A stretch of 59,888 nucleotides of DNA, filler included, from Basidiobolus ranarum (taxonomy: Eukaryota): NCBI GenBank assembly GCA_040143965.1. It is 2 parts of 2 records of this genome, joined end to end, with 100 filler letters (N's around TTAATTAATTAA, not from the genome) between each part and the next. Parts side by side here need not be neighbours in the genome. Positions count along the whole stretch, not along the records: positions 1 to 29,933 come from JASJQH010006977.1; 1 more part is not named here. One strand, written 5' to 3'. Within the stretch, counting starts at the first letter, position 1. Every line of letters starts with the position of its first letter. The position numbers were made by a program, and so were the translations under genes. The notes under the pieces were generated by a model. It was given only the letters and a program-made list of their open reading frames with translations. It ran no database searches and was not told the DNA's origin. Below, piece by piece: positions 1-12,084 of the stretch.

Positions 1-59
1 TCTATATCTATATAACAAGTATGTCTTATTACCCCCACTTATCTATTATATCTTATTAC

Positions 60-600
60 ACAAACTCCTGAATATCTCAAACAATTGATTTACTTTTCTA
101 CTATATAAGTCTCCATATACTCTTAAGAATAAAGTAACTAAAACACACTATCATAAGTTGCTTCTAATACTCAAAGTCTACCCCCATTGTGTCAAGATCC
201 TCCAACACTTTGCCTAAGCACCTATATAGTCATCTATAGCTTATTATTTAGTTATCTTATAAATGACTTAGATAATATCCATTATTCTCAATTGGAATTT
301 ACTTATAATATATTTACCAACTTAGAAGTTCTCAGATATATAGATTTTTCAAATGTGTGCTAGAAGCCCCACACTTTGCGCATATATTCCTGGGACCTTC
401 CCTAACACTTTCTACATGTTTGTTTGTTTATGGCTTGACAAGACTATAAACGTCAACTTTCTACTCAAAAAATCAATAAGTGAAAACCACCAATTCCTTT
501 AATTCTCCAAACCACTTCCAACAGGCTCTCAAATACTTTAACATAAATGCCATTTAAAGTTTTTCCAAAGTTTTGTTATAACTAACTTTCTTGAGTAGAT
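60..600 (-). mobile_element. Possible highly degenerate Ty1/copia gag (UBN2/Retrotran_gag_2-like) remnant
   Basis: AT-rich and nearly CpG-free. A minus-strand stop-interrupted translation gives IDDYIGCLGKVLEDLDTMGVDFEY*KQLMIV, resembling the copia gag motif 'I.DYI..L..L...L...GV'. Boundaries are approximate. Confidence 0.3.
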
Positions 601-1170
601 ACTTTGGCTTGGATGCTAGAAATAGTGGTTATGTAGTTGAGAAACATAAAGCATAATCTATTCAAGCTTAATATGAAATGAAATAACTGTTATCATCCCC
701 CAGCTTGTATTCTAAAAAGAATAGTTTGTTGGTTGTGTAAGTATTACCATGTGATAGTCAACTAATATTGTAAGATTAATGTGGGGTATTTATCTGTTAA
801 AAAAGTGTTGATATATACGAGTTGTATTGCCATGACTACAAATGAATGTCACACCAGAGAGCTAGACAAAAGGGCTACACACACATCCCATTCATTTAGT
901 AAAAAAAGGAAAATCATAAGATAGTTAAACTATCCAATCGGAAACAATTTCTTAATGAATAGACACTGTTTAATTAGCTGACTCAGTTCTAAGAATCGAA
1001 GAGATTTTGATATAGTAAGAGGCGGGAAGGGATGGGGAAAGGGAAGGGATGTAAAGAAAGTAGAAATACGAATACACTAGGGTTTCCAAATGAGAAAATC
1101 AACTACAGGAAAGCATGTACAAACTCATAGAATGTGTGAGAGATTCTGGTTTTGGAGGGAAAAGTAATAT

Positions 1171-1896
1171 CTAGACTGGGAGAGAAGAACTGGAGGCCCG
1201 ATCCACTATCTAAAATCATAATTAATTTAGAAATGGAATAATAATATTGATTGTAAATAAACTCTAAAAATTCATATTTTCGATGACTTTGACGTAGAAA
1301 CCATGAAAAGTATGCTACCTTGGAGATGAACGGTAAGTTAAACAAGCTGCCAATAATCGGTAATTTACGGAGGAAACTGAAGATAACTGGGAAGAAATCC
1401 CTAAATCCACCCAAACAAAAATATTGAATAGTAGTTCGTGTTGAAGAAACCTATGATAGACGTTACCCAAAAAGATTGATGAAGCCAAATAACTCTATAG
1501 CCATCCCTGTGATCGGCCATTTAATAAGCACTAAACAGATACCTCCCAAAAAGCATACAGTTCCGCGTATCTTGCTTTTTTGGGCAAAGAACCCTAAGGT
1601 CTTTTGTAGACCAATCAGTAGAGTAATACCTGCCAAGAAGAAGAGCTACAAAAAAGAGTAAAATACACGTGATGAATATATTGTCTAGTACAATAGTGAA
1701 TGTGTTGGTCTTACGTTTCCAATAGCCAACAAACCAGCGTCAAACAAAAGAATCATGCCAAGAAGCATGAAAAGACCACCAAAAGCGGTCAAACCAACTC
1801 CGATTTCTGTGTAAGCGAAATGCGGTTACTACAATTGCACAGAAAAGTTGAAATGAAATACAAATATAACTAACTTTGACTGTCAGACAACCACAT
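1171..1896 (-). CDS. GOT1: Golgi transport protein Got1 (Got1/Sft2 family), 5 exons
   Basis: Spliced translation: MWLSDSQK|IGVGLTAFGGLFMLLGMILLFDAGLLAIGN|LFFLAGITLLIGLQKTLGFFAQKSKIRGT...INLFG|DFFPVIFSFLRKLPIIGSLFNLPFISK|IVDRASSSSLPV*. All introns GT-AG. Confidence 0.93.
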
Positions 1897-2126
1897 GTTA
1901 ATTAAAGTAAAAGTAAAGAAAAAAGGCTGAGCAGGTAAGAAAAGCCTCCTTTAGATGAAAATGAGCTATATATGTCAACAAAAATGGTAAGCTTGGCCAT
2001 ATAATTTCGACCAATCATCTTTGATAAAATCACTTCATTACGGAATCACATTTGGGGTAGTATTGTCGAAGTAAACTAGCAAATTAGAATGGTTTGTTTA
2101 TTGGGTGATTAATGTGACAAGAGGAT

Positions 2127-3616
2127 CTACATGCCAACTGAGTAAATCTTTCGAAGTTGCTCAGTGCCAGTGCTCATCAGAGTCACCGGGCAGCATTTGT
2201 ACTCCTCGACATATTTGAAGATACAAGGATAGCAGAACACATATCCAGTTGGTAACATGGTTGGATTGGTTCTTTCACGTTGACAAAGGGGACATTGACT
2301 GCGATCCTCTGGAAGGGGTATTCCATTGGGGTCAGGCTATGAGATAGGTTTATGCATGAGAATGAGTTATAAGACAAAGCGTCAATGCCTATAGGCTTAC
2401 CTTTACAGGCTCTGGTGGAGGAGGAATTGGTTGTTGCACCTGAGTACGGCTGTATTCAGAAGAATACCACCATTCTAAGAATTTGAAGAAGAAAATAGAC
2501 ATTGGGAGGAGAACTTTGAGGAAATCAAATCCTCGCTCGATTCCAGTGAGTACCAAGCGTTTAAGAAGCTGGGTGCGCGACAGGCTACTCCAATTAACTC
2601 CGGGCCGGTTTTGATGCTGGTACATTTCTTTCTATTATCATACAAGGCCAACTGTTAGTGAAGCAGCATAATGAATATGTCTAGTACGCCCTTACATAAT
2701 CACTGATATCTAAGCGACGGACTTGCACCCCGATCAATCGTAACCACGGTGTATAAAATGCCGTACGGTCGTATAGATAGCCAATATTATATCCTAGCGC
2801 AGCCAAGTGGTAGGCGCAATTGATGAAGGGGTATATTGTCTTGAATAACTTCTTGATACGGGCCTTGAATTTCTCTTTACTTGAAAGTTGCTATCCACAT
2901 CAAGCAAAGCCATTATTGATTTATCAAATGTTGAACATGCAGATCGCTATATACATACTTCAGTCGGGCTTTGTGATCTACCAAGAGCAGAAAACTCGTC
3001 TCCAAATAAGAGAGCACCTGAGCCACCACTAACTTTCTCATATAAGCTGTCCAGCTTGCTTTTCAAATAAGGGAGGCCAATCTAAAGTAACTATGTAAGC
3101 TTATCGTCTTTACTCGTCAAACGGTAGGAGTGAACATACAGAAAAAAATAGTGAATTATAAATATCACGCTCGGTTAATTTATCAGATTCTTCAATCTTT
3201 TGTGTTCTCGTGCGTTTCAAGCCATAAAAATTCTCAGCAAAAGTTCCGCCTAGGAAGGAGTTAGTAAATCTGTATTAAGGTTACAGAGCATCATATATAG
3301 TATATTCTACTGACCATATCGTCTCAAGTAATGCCTTTCCACAAAAAACATCACAACATTGAATACTTCTTCAAATTTGTTGACTATTCGAAGAAGGTAT
3401 CGTGGATAACGCTGAGCGTAAACCTGTATTTTTAATAAGAAATTCAATATACTGAAAAGTACTTCAATTTCCAAAATAAACCTTTTATCCAATTACAGTT
3501 AATACGTAGCGAACCGCCGGTTGAAGCATATCACGCATTTTATCTTGAGCTACAAGCTCGAATAATGAGGGACGGTACATGTCCCTATTATCCCCTATAT
3601 TGCTCATGTATTCCAT
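2127..3616 (-). CDS. PEX12: Peroxin Pex12 (Pex2/Pex12 N-terminal domain plus C-terminal RING), multi-exon
   Basis: Starts MEYMSNIGDNRDMYRPSLFELVAQDKMRDMLQPAVRYVL. Internal motifs AQRYPRYLLRIVNKFEE, GGTFAENFYGLKR and LPMSIFFFKFLEWWYSS. RING CPLCQRERTNPTMLPTGYVFCYPCIFKYVEEYKCCPVT. Ends QLRKIYSVGM*. Confidence 0.93.
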
Positions 3617-3840
3617 TTTAGCAGTATTGTTTGAGTAATTAGTAGTGGAAGTATATTTCCAAGCTTAGAGGCTACACACCACACTCTAAACCAACCACCT
3701 GATTTGATTAGTCAGACTATTTCACTTTCAGCTGAAGCTCAACTGATGAGATTATCATTTACTAACTTTAACTCGTCTTGAGTAAATTTGCATTAAACAT
3801 GCTTAAATTAATGCGCAGTAATTTGAAGACCGAAAACCGA

Positions 3841-4546
3841 GTCACGTGGTACGGAAGTGATTTGGATATCTAGAGATCTACATTAGCGCGTGACTGATAG
3901 CATTAATGCGTGAATAGGGAACGGTGGATAACAACATATACGACACACTGCATTAACAGGAGTGATCCTGGATCGACAGAAGAGATTTGATGAAAGGCGG
4001 TGAATAGGGGTGAATAGCGGTGAATAGATCAGCTAGTGAATATGTACTAACCGATGTGAGTTATAATGCGTCATGGGTGGAATAATTTTCATCGACCGTA
4101 AGTCCACCATCACAGCGTCCATTTGGTGCATCTACCTGGTTGACACAGATCACATTGATACTTGGTTGATAAAGCTCCTGACATGTAAAATGAGCATGCT
4201 AGACATCTCGACCAATCCATTTAATCAACGATGGTTGTATCACTTATGAAGCGAAGATATCTATGACTCCCATATCTCAATTTAGTAATACCCTTATAGC
4301 TAAATGTGGAGAAATATTAATTCAACCGATGGCCATATTAGCCATGTTCATATTAGCGAAATCTGGTGAATACGCTTCTGAACTGGACGTGCCATATCGA
4401 TATTAACTCTCTGTAAGATGATCTTTAATTGGTTGAGCCAATGGGAGGTCGAGACATCGATGGTGCCTTATTTCACATGAATCTAGAGAACCAATTAGGG
4501 GCTTAGGAAATGAGCATTCCTTCATGAGTCATGATATCTATATAAG
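3841..4546 (+). promoter_or_regulatory. Divergent PEX12/MTHFR promoter with E-box, AP-1/Gcn4-type site, CCAAT boxes and TATA
   Basis: GTCACGTG 3841-3848; ATGCGTCAT 4066-4074; CCAAT at ~4438 and ~4491; TCATGAGTCATGA 4522-4534; TATATAAG 4539-4546, about 85 nt before the MTHFR ATG. Confidence 0.5.
3998..4027 (+). repeat. Tandem 10-bp repeat (C/G)GGTGAATAG x3
   Basis: cggtgaatag gggtgaatag cggtgaatag, with further GTGAATA copies at ~3910, ~4036 and ~4366. Confidence 0.85.
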
Positions 4547-4627
4547 CGCCACTCCGCCCTTAGCTAAGAACAACTTGGCTCGTTTGCACCCTATTTCGTT
4601 GAAGATTCCTGTTGAGCATTCCATACT

Positions 4628-6459
4628 ATGAAGGTGATTCAAAAAATTGAACAAGCTACCCTCGATAACCGGCCATTCTGGTCTTTCGAGTACTTCCCAC
4701 CCAAGACACAACAGGTAAGACCTTCTTCTGGTTTTCTCTAAAATCTCATCAGCATTAAACTTTTCTACCTACACAGGGTATCAACAATCTTTACGATCGT
4801 ATGGAACGTATGTATAACCTCGGGCCCACTTTTATTGATGTCACTTGGGGTGCAGGCGGATCCACATCTGACCTTACTCTTGAACTTTGTTCCACTGCCC
4901 AAGGCGTTTATGGTTTGGAAACTACCATGCATTTGACCTGTACTAACATGCCTAAAGAACAAATCGACTATGCTCTGGAAAAGGCCAAAGAGTATGGAAT
5001 TCAAAATATTTTGGCTTTAAGAGGAGATCCTCCTCGTGGTCAGGAAGTTTGGACTGCCTGTGAGTCTGGCTTCTCCAACGCCATTGACTTGGTTAAATAT
5101 ATTCGCCAACAATATGGTGACTACTTTTGTGTCTCCGTTGCTGGCTACCCAGAGGGTCACCTTGATGCCGCCAGTGTTCAAGAAGATCTTCAATTTCTCA
5201 AAGCCAAAGTGGATGCTGGCGCAGATTATATTGTCACCCAACTGTTTTACGATGTCGAGCTTTTCATTGATTGGGTAAAGAAGTGTCGTGACCTTGGCAT
5301 TACGTGTCCAATCTTACCAGGCATCCTTCCCATTCAAAATTTTAATGGTTTCAAGCGCATGACTACTCTATGCAAAACTTTTGTTCCACAAAGTATTCTA
5401 GATGCCTTGGAGCCTATAAAGGACGATGACCAAGCAGTCAAGGACTATGGTGTTCAACTGGCAGTTGATATGTGCCGGAGAATGCAGGAAGAGGGTATCT
5501 TAGGATTCCACTTCTATACTCTGAATTTGGAGAGATCTACTCGTCTAGTCCTTGAAGGATTAGATTTCGTCCCTGCCCAAGAGGATGTAAGACCTCTTCC
5601 TTGGTGCCCATCCCTTTCTAAGAAGCGTATGAATGAAACTGTTCGTCCTATTTTCTGGAGAAATCGTGTGAAGAGCTACATCACTCGTACTGAAAACTGG
5701 GATGAGTTTCCCAACGGAAGATGGGGAGATTCTCGATCACCTGCTTATGGTGATTTAGGTGTTCATGGGGTTTCGTTGAAACAATCAATGAAAGAAGCTA
5801 AGCAGCTATGGAAGGCTCCACAAAATCTTGAGGAAATCAGTCAGATATTCGCAGATTACTGCAGTGGCAAGACCGCAGCCCTTCCCTGGAGTGATCAGCC
5901 TTTGATGCCAGAATCCAATGCCATCACCGAGAAACTTGTGAATATCAATCGCATGGGTTATCTCACCATTAACAGTCAGCCTGCCGTGAACGGTGTGAAA
6001 TCGTCCCACAAAGTTCACGGATGGGGCCCTAAGAATGGTTATGTGTATCAAAAAGCTTATCTGGAATTCTTTGTTTCCCCTCAAGCTTTGGATAAACTTG
6101 TAGAGAAGATCAACCAAGATCCATACATTACTTACTATGCCATCAACAAACAAGGTGATTTGCATACTAACACTCAATCAGATGAACCCAACGCAGTTAC
6201 TTGGGGTATTTTCCCAGGTAAGCAAATTGTACAGCCTACCATTGTTGAAGCCTACAGCTTCACTGTTTGGAAGGACGAGGCCTTTGAACTATGGGCAGAG
6301 TGGGCGAAGGTGTACGAGCCTGAAGAGCCCACTCGAAAGTGTATTGAAGCCATCACCAACGATTGGTACCTCGTTAACGTAGTCCACAACGATTACCAGG
6401 ATTCAGATGCCATCTTCAAGATCTTTGGTGAGAGCAACGGAACTGAGTATATCCGCTAA
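4628..6459 (+). CDS. MET13: Methylenetetrahydrofolate reductase with C-terminal SAM-binding regulatory domain, 2 exons (intron 4715-4776)
   Basis: MKVIQKIEQATLDNRPFWSFEYFPPKTQQ|GINNLYDRMERM. Motifs FIDVTWGAGGS, MHLTCTN, ALRGDPPRG, VTQLFYD, HFYTLN and WDEFPNGRWGDSRSPAYG. Confidence 0.96.
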
Positions 6460-7363
6460 CTAACTACATGGTTTGTACATTGTCTATTTATGTTCTCAGT
6501 TCAATTCGTATCAACGGACACTCTTCTATCATCATTGCTTTCATGGACACTTTATTAAGCTAGTGATTACTATATTTACGGACATTTTTACCGATATTTT
6601 TACCATTTCTGACTCGAAATTTAATGCTGATGGACATTATTGAATAAATTTAGCTAGTATGATACGATGAACATTGCTTGAATTAAACAATATAATAACT
6701 ACTTACTCTACGATTAAACAACTAAATAAATCACATACATATATTAAACATCTTTCATTTACTCTTAGCTCAACGAATTAAGCCGAGTCTAGCTAGGTTT
6801 AATGAAGCAGATTAGGGAAGAAATAATAATGATAGAAGATCATATATACTTTCTCTATATAGATATGGAGATAAAATAACACATTCATTAACTGAAGCAG
6901 AGTACATGGCATCCTCACATACACAAAGAAGGCTACGTATTAAAGAAAGCCCTTTAATGGCTTAGGCTCTTCCCTGAATATCTAAAGTTTCACAAATCGT
7001 GGATTGATTTAGACGGATTTAGGGTGCATAGTCAATTTAACCATCAATTAAACATCCAATTTCAACTGCAAATTTAGTCGAAAAAAAATCCCCTCGAAAT
7101 TTGTAGAGGTATTTTTTTTCTTTTTTTCATGATAAACAAAGTGATTTGAGTGGTAGGCCTAGCTTTTTTTCGTAGAGCCTTGGAAATAATTGTTCTTTTT
7201 CCACGATAATATCGAAAATATCCAACCTTGTAGAAAGTTTCATTTGGGACTATTTCAAGTGTACTCTTTCTTTATTTCCCTTCCCTTTGACTATTAGACT
7301 TTAATATTTGGTTGTTATTTTTTTTGAGTGTAAAACACGTTAACATTTAAACAAGTGGAAAGC

Positions 7364-10239
7364 ATGAATAACGCCAATTTGGACGAACCCTACCCTCTTG
7401 CCCATTTCACTACAACCACCGCCGTCACTGACGGTGGTTTAGCTGTCTTCTGTTCTGGTGTGGATCCTATTCTTTCTTCTAACACAAGCGAATCAAACAC
7501 TATCAGTGATAGTGAAACTGTTGTTTTAACTGTACAAGGAGAAGGTATTCACAAATATAATGTAGGTGGCTCTCAATAGTTTCACTCTCCTTTATCCAAC
7601 CAAGGAACTTATCTGTTTATTTTCAGGCTGCTGATCAAAAATGTACAAGATCTTGGTCTACCCCTCCTGGTTTAATGTTCGCTTGCTCGGCTAAATCTAA
7701 AGGAAACTACATTTACGCCGTTATTGCTGGGGGATCAGATATCTCGGCCAAACTCGAAGGAAAGGTTGTTTGGCGTTGGGATGATAAGCCTCAAGACGAA
7801 CACGAACAAGGATTGTCTCGCAAATTAACCCATACTTTTGACCAAAAGATTTTCTCCCTAGAAACATCTCCTTTGCTTCCTTCACACATTATACTTGTAA
7901 ATACTGATGGTTCCGTAGCATTGGTAACTGACGACTTAAAGAAGACAGTTGAATTATTCCAAACTCAAAAAAGTATCGAAAGCAAATCCCTTTGGTCGAC
8001 TATTTTCGATTCTTCATCCAATTGGATTTCTCACTCTCTTTCCTCTATTACACAAACCATCTTATTGACGGTTTCTTCAAGTCCTTACGGTCATAACTTG
8101 AATGTATTCACTATCAGAGATGATTCACTTAGTATCGAATTATTCGGACAAACTGAAATTAAGACTGATGCTACCCCAGTCACCTTCAGTTTCGAAGGTT
8201 CCACCGGAAAATTCACTTGCTTATCAGCAGATGGTTCTTGGAAATTATTCAATCTTAGACTTGACAACAATAAGGTCACCCTTGTCGAAGCATTGACTCT
8301 TCCTTTGGAAGGATTTTCCACTGCCATTGAAAAGCCAAAGACCCCAAAGAAGGGAGGCAATAAGAATGGTTCAGTCAATCGATTCCCAATCGCCGTTACT
8401 GGTGTACAAGATAACTACCTCGCTTTGGTGGGTACCAGAAAGAATGCTAACACTAACAAGACTGAGAATATTATCACTTTGTGGGATGGCAAGTTTGGTA
8501 CTTTACAAAATGAACGAGTAATCGATCTTTCTGTGGGTGATCTCGGAATTGGTGAGAACGAAATCCCTAAGAATGCCGAAACTTCTTATCAAATCTCTGG
8601 TTTGGGCTCATCTCGTCTCATCATTTCTATGTCCCTTAGACTGGGTAAATTGGCAGTAAAGACTGTTGTTTATCTTTGTGATTTGTATTGTCCTCCTATC
8701 TCTCTTATGGCTGCTATGAACAGAATGAAGGAATCTACTAAATATCTCTCGCCTTTGGAAAATGACGGTGCCACCATTATTCAGACTAGAAATGGAATCG
8801 AAGGGGTTGGTAACGTCATGAACATCTTGAGAGAGAAATCTACCGATCAAATCAAGGCTTGGACTGACGCTTTCACTTCAGCACAACAGGCTGAAAGAGA
8901 ACTTCTCGATACATTGAAGGATCCCAAGATGAATTCCGAGGAATTCACTAAGGTATTCATGAAGCATGTTGCGAAGGAGGAGAAGAAGAGAGTGACTGCA
9001 CTCAAGAAACAATTCGCTCAAGAAGCTAAAGCTCAAGAAAATCCTACTCAATTGAAAAAGAATGAGGAGAGTAGCAGCGAAGAGTCGGAAACTGAAGAGG
9101 AAGATGAGCAATCCGAAACTGAGCAACTCGCCGAAGAAAGCGAAGAAGAAAAGAATGATGACGATGACGAAGATTCTAGCGATGATGATAATGAATCAAA
9201 CACCCTCAGCAAAGAGACTGGCAAGAAAGAGGTAGTCAAGTCTGAGGAGGAAAACAGTGAAGAAACCCAGGCTAAGACTGAGGAGGAGATACAGGCTCAG
9301 AAACTCCGTCAAAGACTTGCCTGGTTAGCCAATAAGATCAAGAGAAAGGCGGCTAGAAAGGCTGCCAAGCAAGCAGCTAGAATTGAAGAGGAGAGCAAAC
9401 TTCCAGAATTCTCACATAACTTCATTCTCGCGCTCTGTGAAAAATTCTTTGGTAGACTTCCAAATGGAAAGGCCGACAAACACTTCTTCCCTACTGAAGT
9501 TATTGAGTTCCTTATTCGTAATGAGTTGGTTTCATCCAGTTGTGTTGAAGGAGGTATTCTCGCCGCCCTCGTAGAGAGAAAGGCTTGGAGCCTTGTCGAG
9601 CTATCTCTTACTCATCTCCATGACATTCCTGAAGACGATTCAGTTGCTTTGATCAAAGATCAACTTCAAGAGATTCTTTCTTCCACTGAAGATGAGTCGG
9701 AAATCCCAGAAATTCCCCAAGACTCAAATGCTGCTCGCCTACTTTCTCTCGTCATCTCCGCCCCTCGCAATGATATCTTTATGCAAAACTCATTGAGAAA
9801 GCTTACAGTACAAGAGGTCGCTGCAGTCATGAAGGTTCTTTCTCAATGGATCGAAGCATGGAATCAAATTGGTGGATGTGCTACTCAACACAACAAGGCT
9901 TCCAAAACCAAGAGAAAGGAATTGAACCTGCCCCTTTACGATACTATCATAGATTATGCTAGCTTATTATTCGATTCTCACTTTACCACATTAATCCTTT
10001 CTCCCAGCCTTCATCCATTCATTGAAACCTTGACGGAATACATTGCCAATGAAATTCGCATCTCAGAGGAGATGGAAGCGATGCGTGGTCTCTTGTTTGA
10101 ATTCGACAAGAGATACAAGGAGTTGTTGATGCCCTTCTGGGAGAAACAAACACGTCGTGGAGGTAAAAGTAAGAAGAGAAGAAGCAAATGGGAGCCTGAT
10201 CAAGTATTGCCTTATGGTATTGAGGTGGTTCATTTGTAA
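7364..10239 (+). CDS. Utp8/NOL11-like SSU processome (t-UTP) protein, 2 exons (intron 7562-7626)
   Basis: Exon 1 ...VLTVQGEGIHKYN joins in frame to AADQKCTRSWSTPPGLMFAC. Beta-propeller-like N-terminus, acidic insert, and a C-terminal segment (ISAPRNDIFMQNSLRKL...IIDYASLLFDSHFTTLIL) resembling the NOL11/Utp8 C-terminus. Confidence 0.7.
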
Positions 10240-10722
10240 ACAACCATTACCATCCCCTATACTTTCTTTTAATCACCATCTCTCATCTTTCTCATTTATC
10301 TTCTCTCACTTGTTATGTATGATATAGATATTTCCCCCTTATTTCCCCTTTTAAAGAATTACTAAACACCTGAATTCCCTAACGTGTGTTCCGTACATAT
10401 TGCTGTGTTATTCCTGTGTTATTCTTAACGTGTGTACCATTTTGAACTGATGAATAGCAAGTTATGAGAGGAAAACAAGCCTACAGAAGTGAAATAATAG
10501 GATAGCCGATAATGAGATAATAGTGAGATCCAACCCAACCACATAATCGTTGCTGCGGGGAAATTAACCAACATTAGATAAAAAATTTATTGAAGAAAAT
10601 CCATGAAAATCTCCAAATGAATAATATCCAATGAATCCATTTGTTATAAAATAGAAGGGATAAGACAGGAGTTTCCAATAATTTCTTTCCCTTTATTTCC
10701 TCACATTAACTAGTAAAGCAAT

Positions 10723-11577
10723 ATGGGTGGAGACGGTGGTTCGATTCCTAGACGTATTGAATTGGTTCGTCAAAAGCAAAAAGCTGAACGTTTGGATGGT
10801 TCGTTGAAAACTGTAACCGAATGGTTTTACTGCGCTCTATCAAAGAAACCTTTAGAAACACCAGTGGTCAGCTGTATCTTGGGTAAACTTTATAATAAGG
10901 AGGCTATTCTTGAATATGTATTAGATCCAACTTCTTATGGTGATGCCGATAAGATCTGTCCCCATATCAAAAGTTTGAAGGACGTTACTACATTGAAACT
11001 GACACCTAACCCTACGTTAGAGGGTTCTCTAGCTAGTAATATCGCCCAGGCTGACCGTAACTTACCTTCCAGTTTTGTTTGTCCTGTTACTATGAAGGAA
11101 ATGAACGGAAAACACAAGTTTTGTTATCTGCTTACTTGTGGTTGTGTATTATCCGAACAGGCACTCAAAGAGGTTCCCACCTCAAACTGCCTCGTATGTA
11201 ATCAAGAGTATTCTAGCGAGGATGTCATAGTTCTAAATCCTAAAGGAGAGGACTTGGAGCGTCAAAACCTTTTATTGGAAACACGTAAAAAAATCAAAAA
11301 AGAGAAGAAAAAAGATAAAAAGAAGCGAGACACGACAGCGGAAAGTTCCAAACATGATACGAAAAAAGTGAAAAAGGTGAAGATCAATGCAACCTCAGCA
11401 CCTTCTTTTGCTCCCCCTGTTATGTCTGAAGCTAGTGCCATTCTAGAGAAGTATGCAGCACCAAAAGTACAACTATCGGATAACGTTCAATCCATATTCG
11501 CAAAGGATGAGGAGAAAAACAAAACTAAAGTGAATAATATGTTCTTCCATGGTACGTATACTCGTTACGCAGCCTAG
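10723..11577 (+). CDS. RTF2: Replication termination factor 2 (Rtf2 RING-like)
   Basis: MGGDGGSIPRRIELVR; CALSKKPL..PVVSCILGKLYNKEAILEYVL; HIKSLKDV; FVCPVTMKEMNGKHKFCYLLTCGCVLSE. Confidence 0.95.
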   Translation: MGGDGGSIPRRIELVRQKQKAERLDGSLKTVTEWFYCALSKKPLETPVVSCILGKLYNKEAILEYVLDPTSYGDADKICPHIKSLKDVTTLKLTPNPTLEGSLASNIAQADRNLPSSFVCPVTMKEMNGKHKFCYLLTCGCVLSEQALKEVPTSNCLVCNQEYSSEDVIVLNPKGEDLERQNLLLETRKKIKKEKKKDKKKRDTTAESSKHDTKKVKKVKINATSAPSFAPPVMSEASAILEKYAAPKVQLSDNVQSIFAKDEEKNKTKVNNMFFHGTYTRYAA

Positions 11578-12084
11578 GGAGTCAATTCGTAGCACTTTTC
11601 CTTATAATTGTTGACTTCACTTTTCTTTTGTATATGTATTCCCGTTTCATGTGTGTATAGTACTTACAAGTTTCAATAATAAATCTAGTGAAATCAATAA
11701 ATTGGTTTACCATGATAATATTATTACTATGTGATTCCAACATCGCCATTACCTGTGCTATTATCTGGGTTGATATCTGGTAGAGTTGTTGGGGGAATGG
11801 TTCACTCAACAAGCATAAAAATAGCAAAGGTTCATATGTATTCATTCAACATTTGGTATTTAGTTAAGAAATCATGATTATCACTAGCATTTAGTCAGAT
11901 TTCTGAACAAGAGATTTCCATGATTGTAAGCAATTGCATAAAAAGACAAAAAATCCAAAAGTAAGTGGGAAAGTGGGTTCGAGTCAAACTTTTGTATATT
12001 CGCGCTTGGTCGATTTTTTTAATAACAAAAGTAACCCCACTCTTTTGGTTTACTATTTTGAAACTCTAGTACGTCTACCACTCT

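Noticed and set aside
4715-4776. Possible metabolite-sensing element in the MTHFR intron
   Set aside because: An ordinary 62-nt U2 intron with no room or motif for an aptamer.
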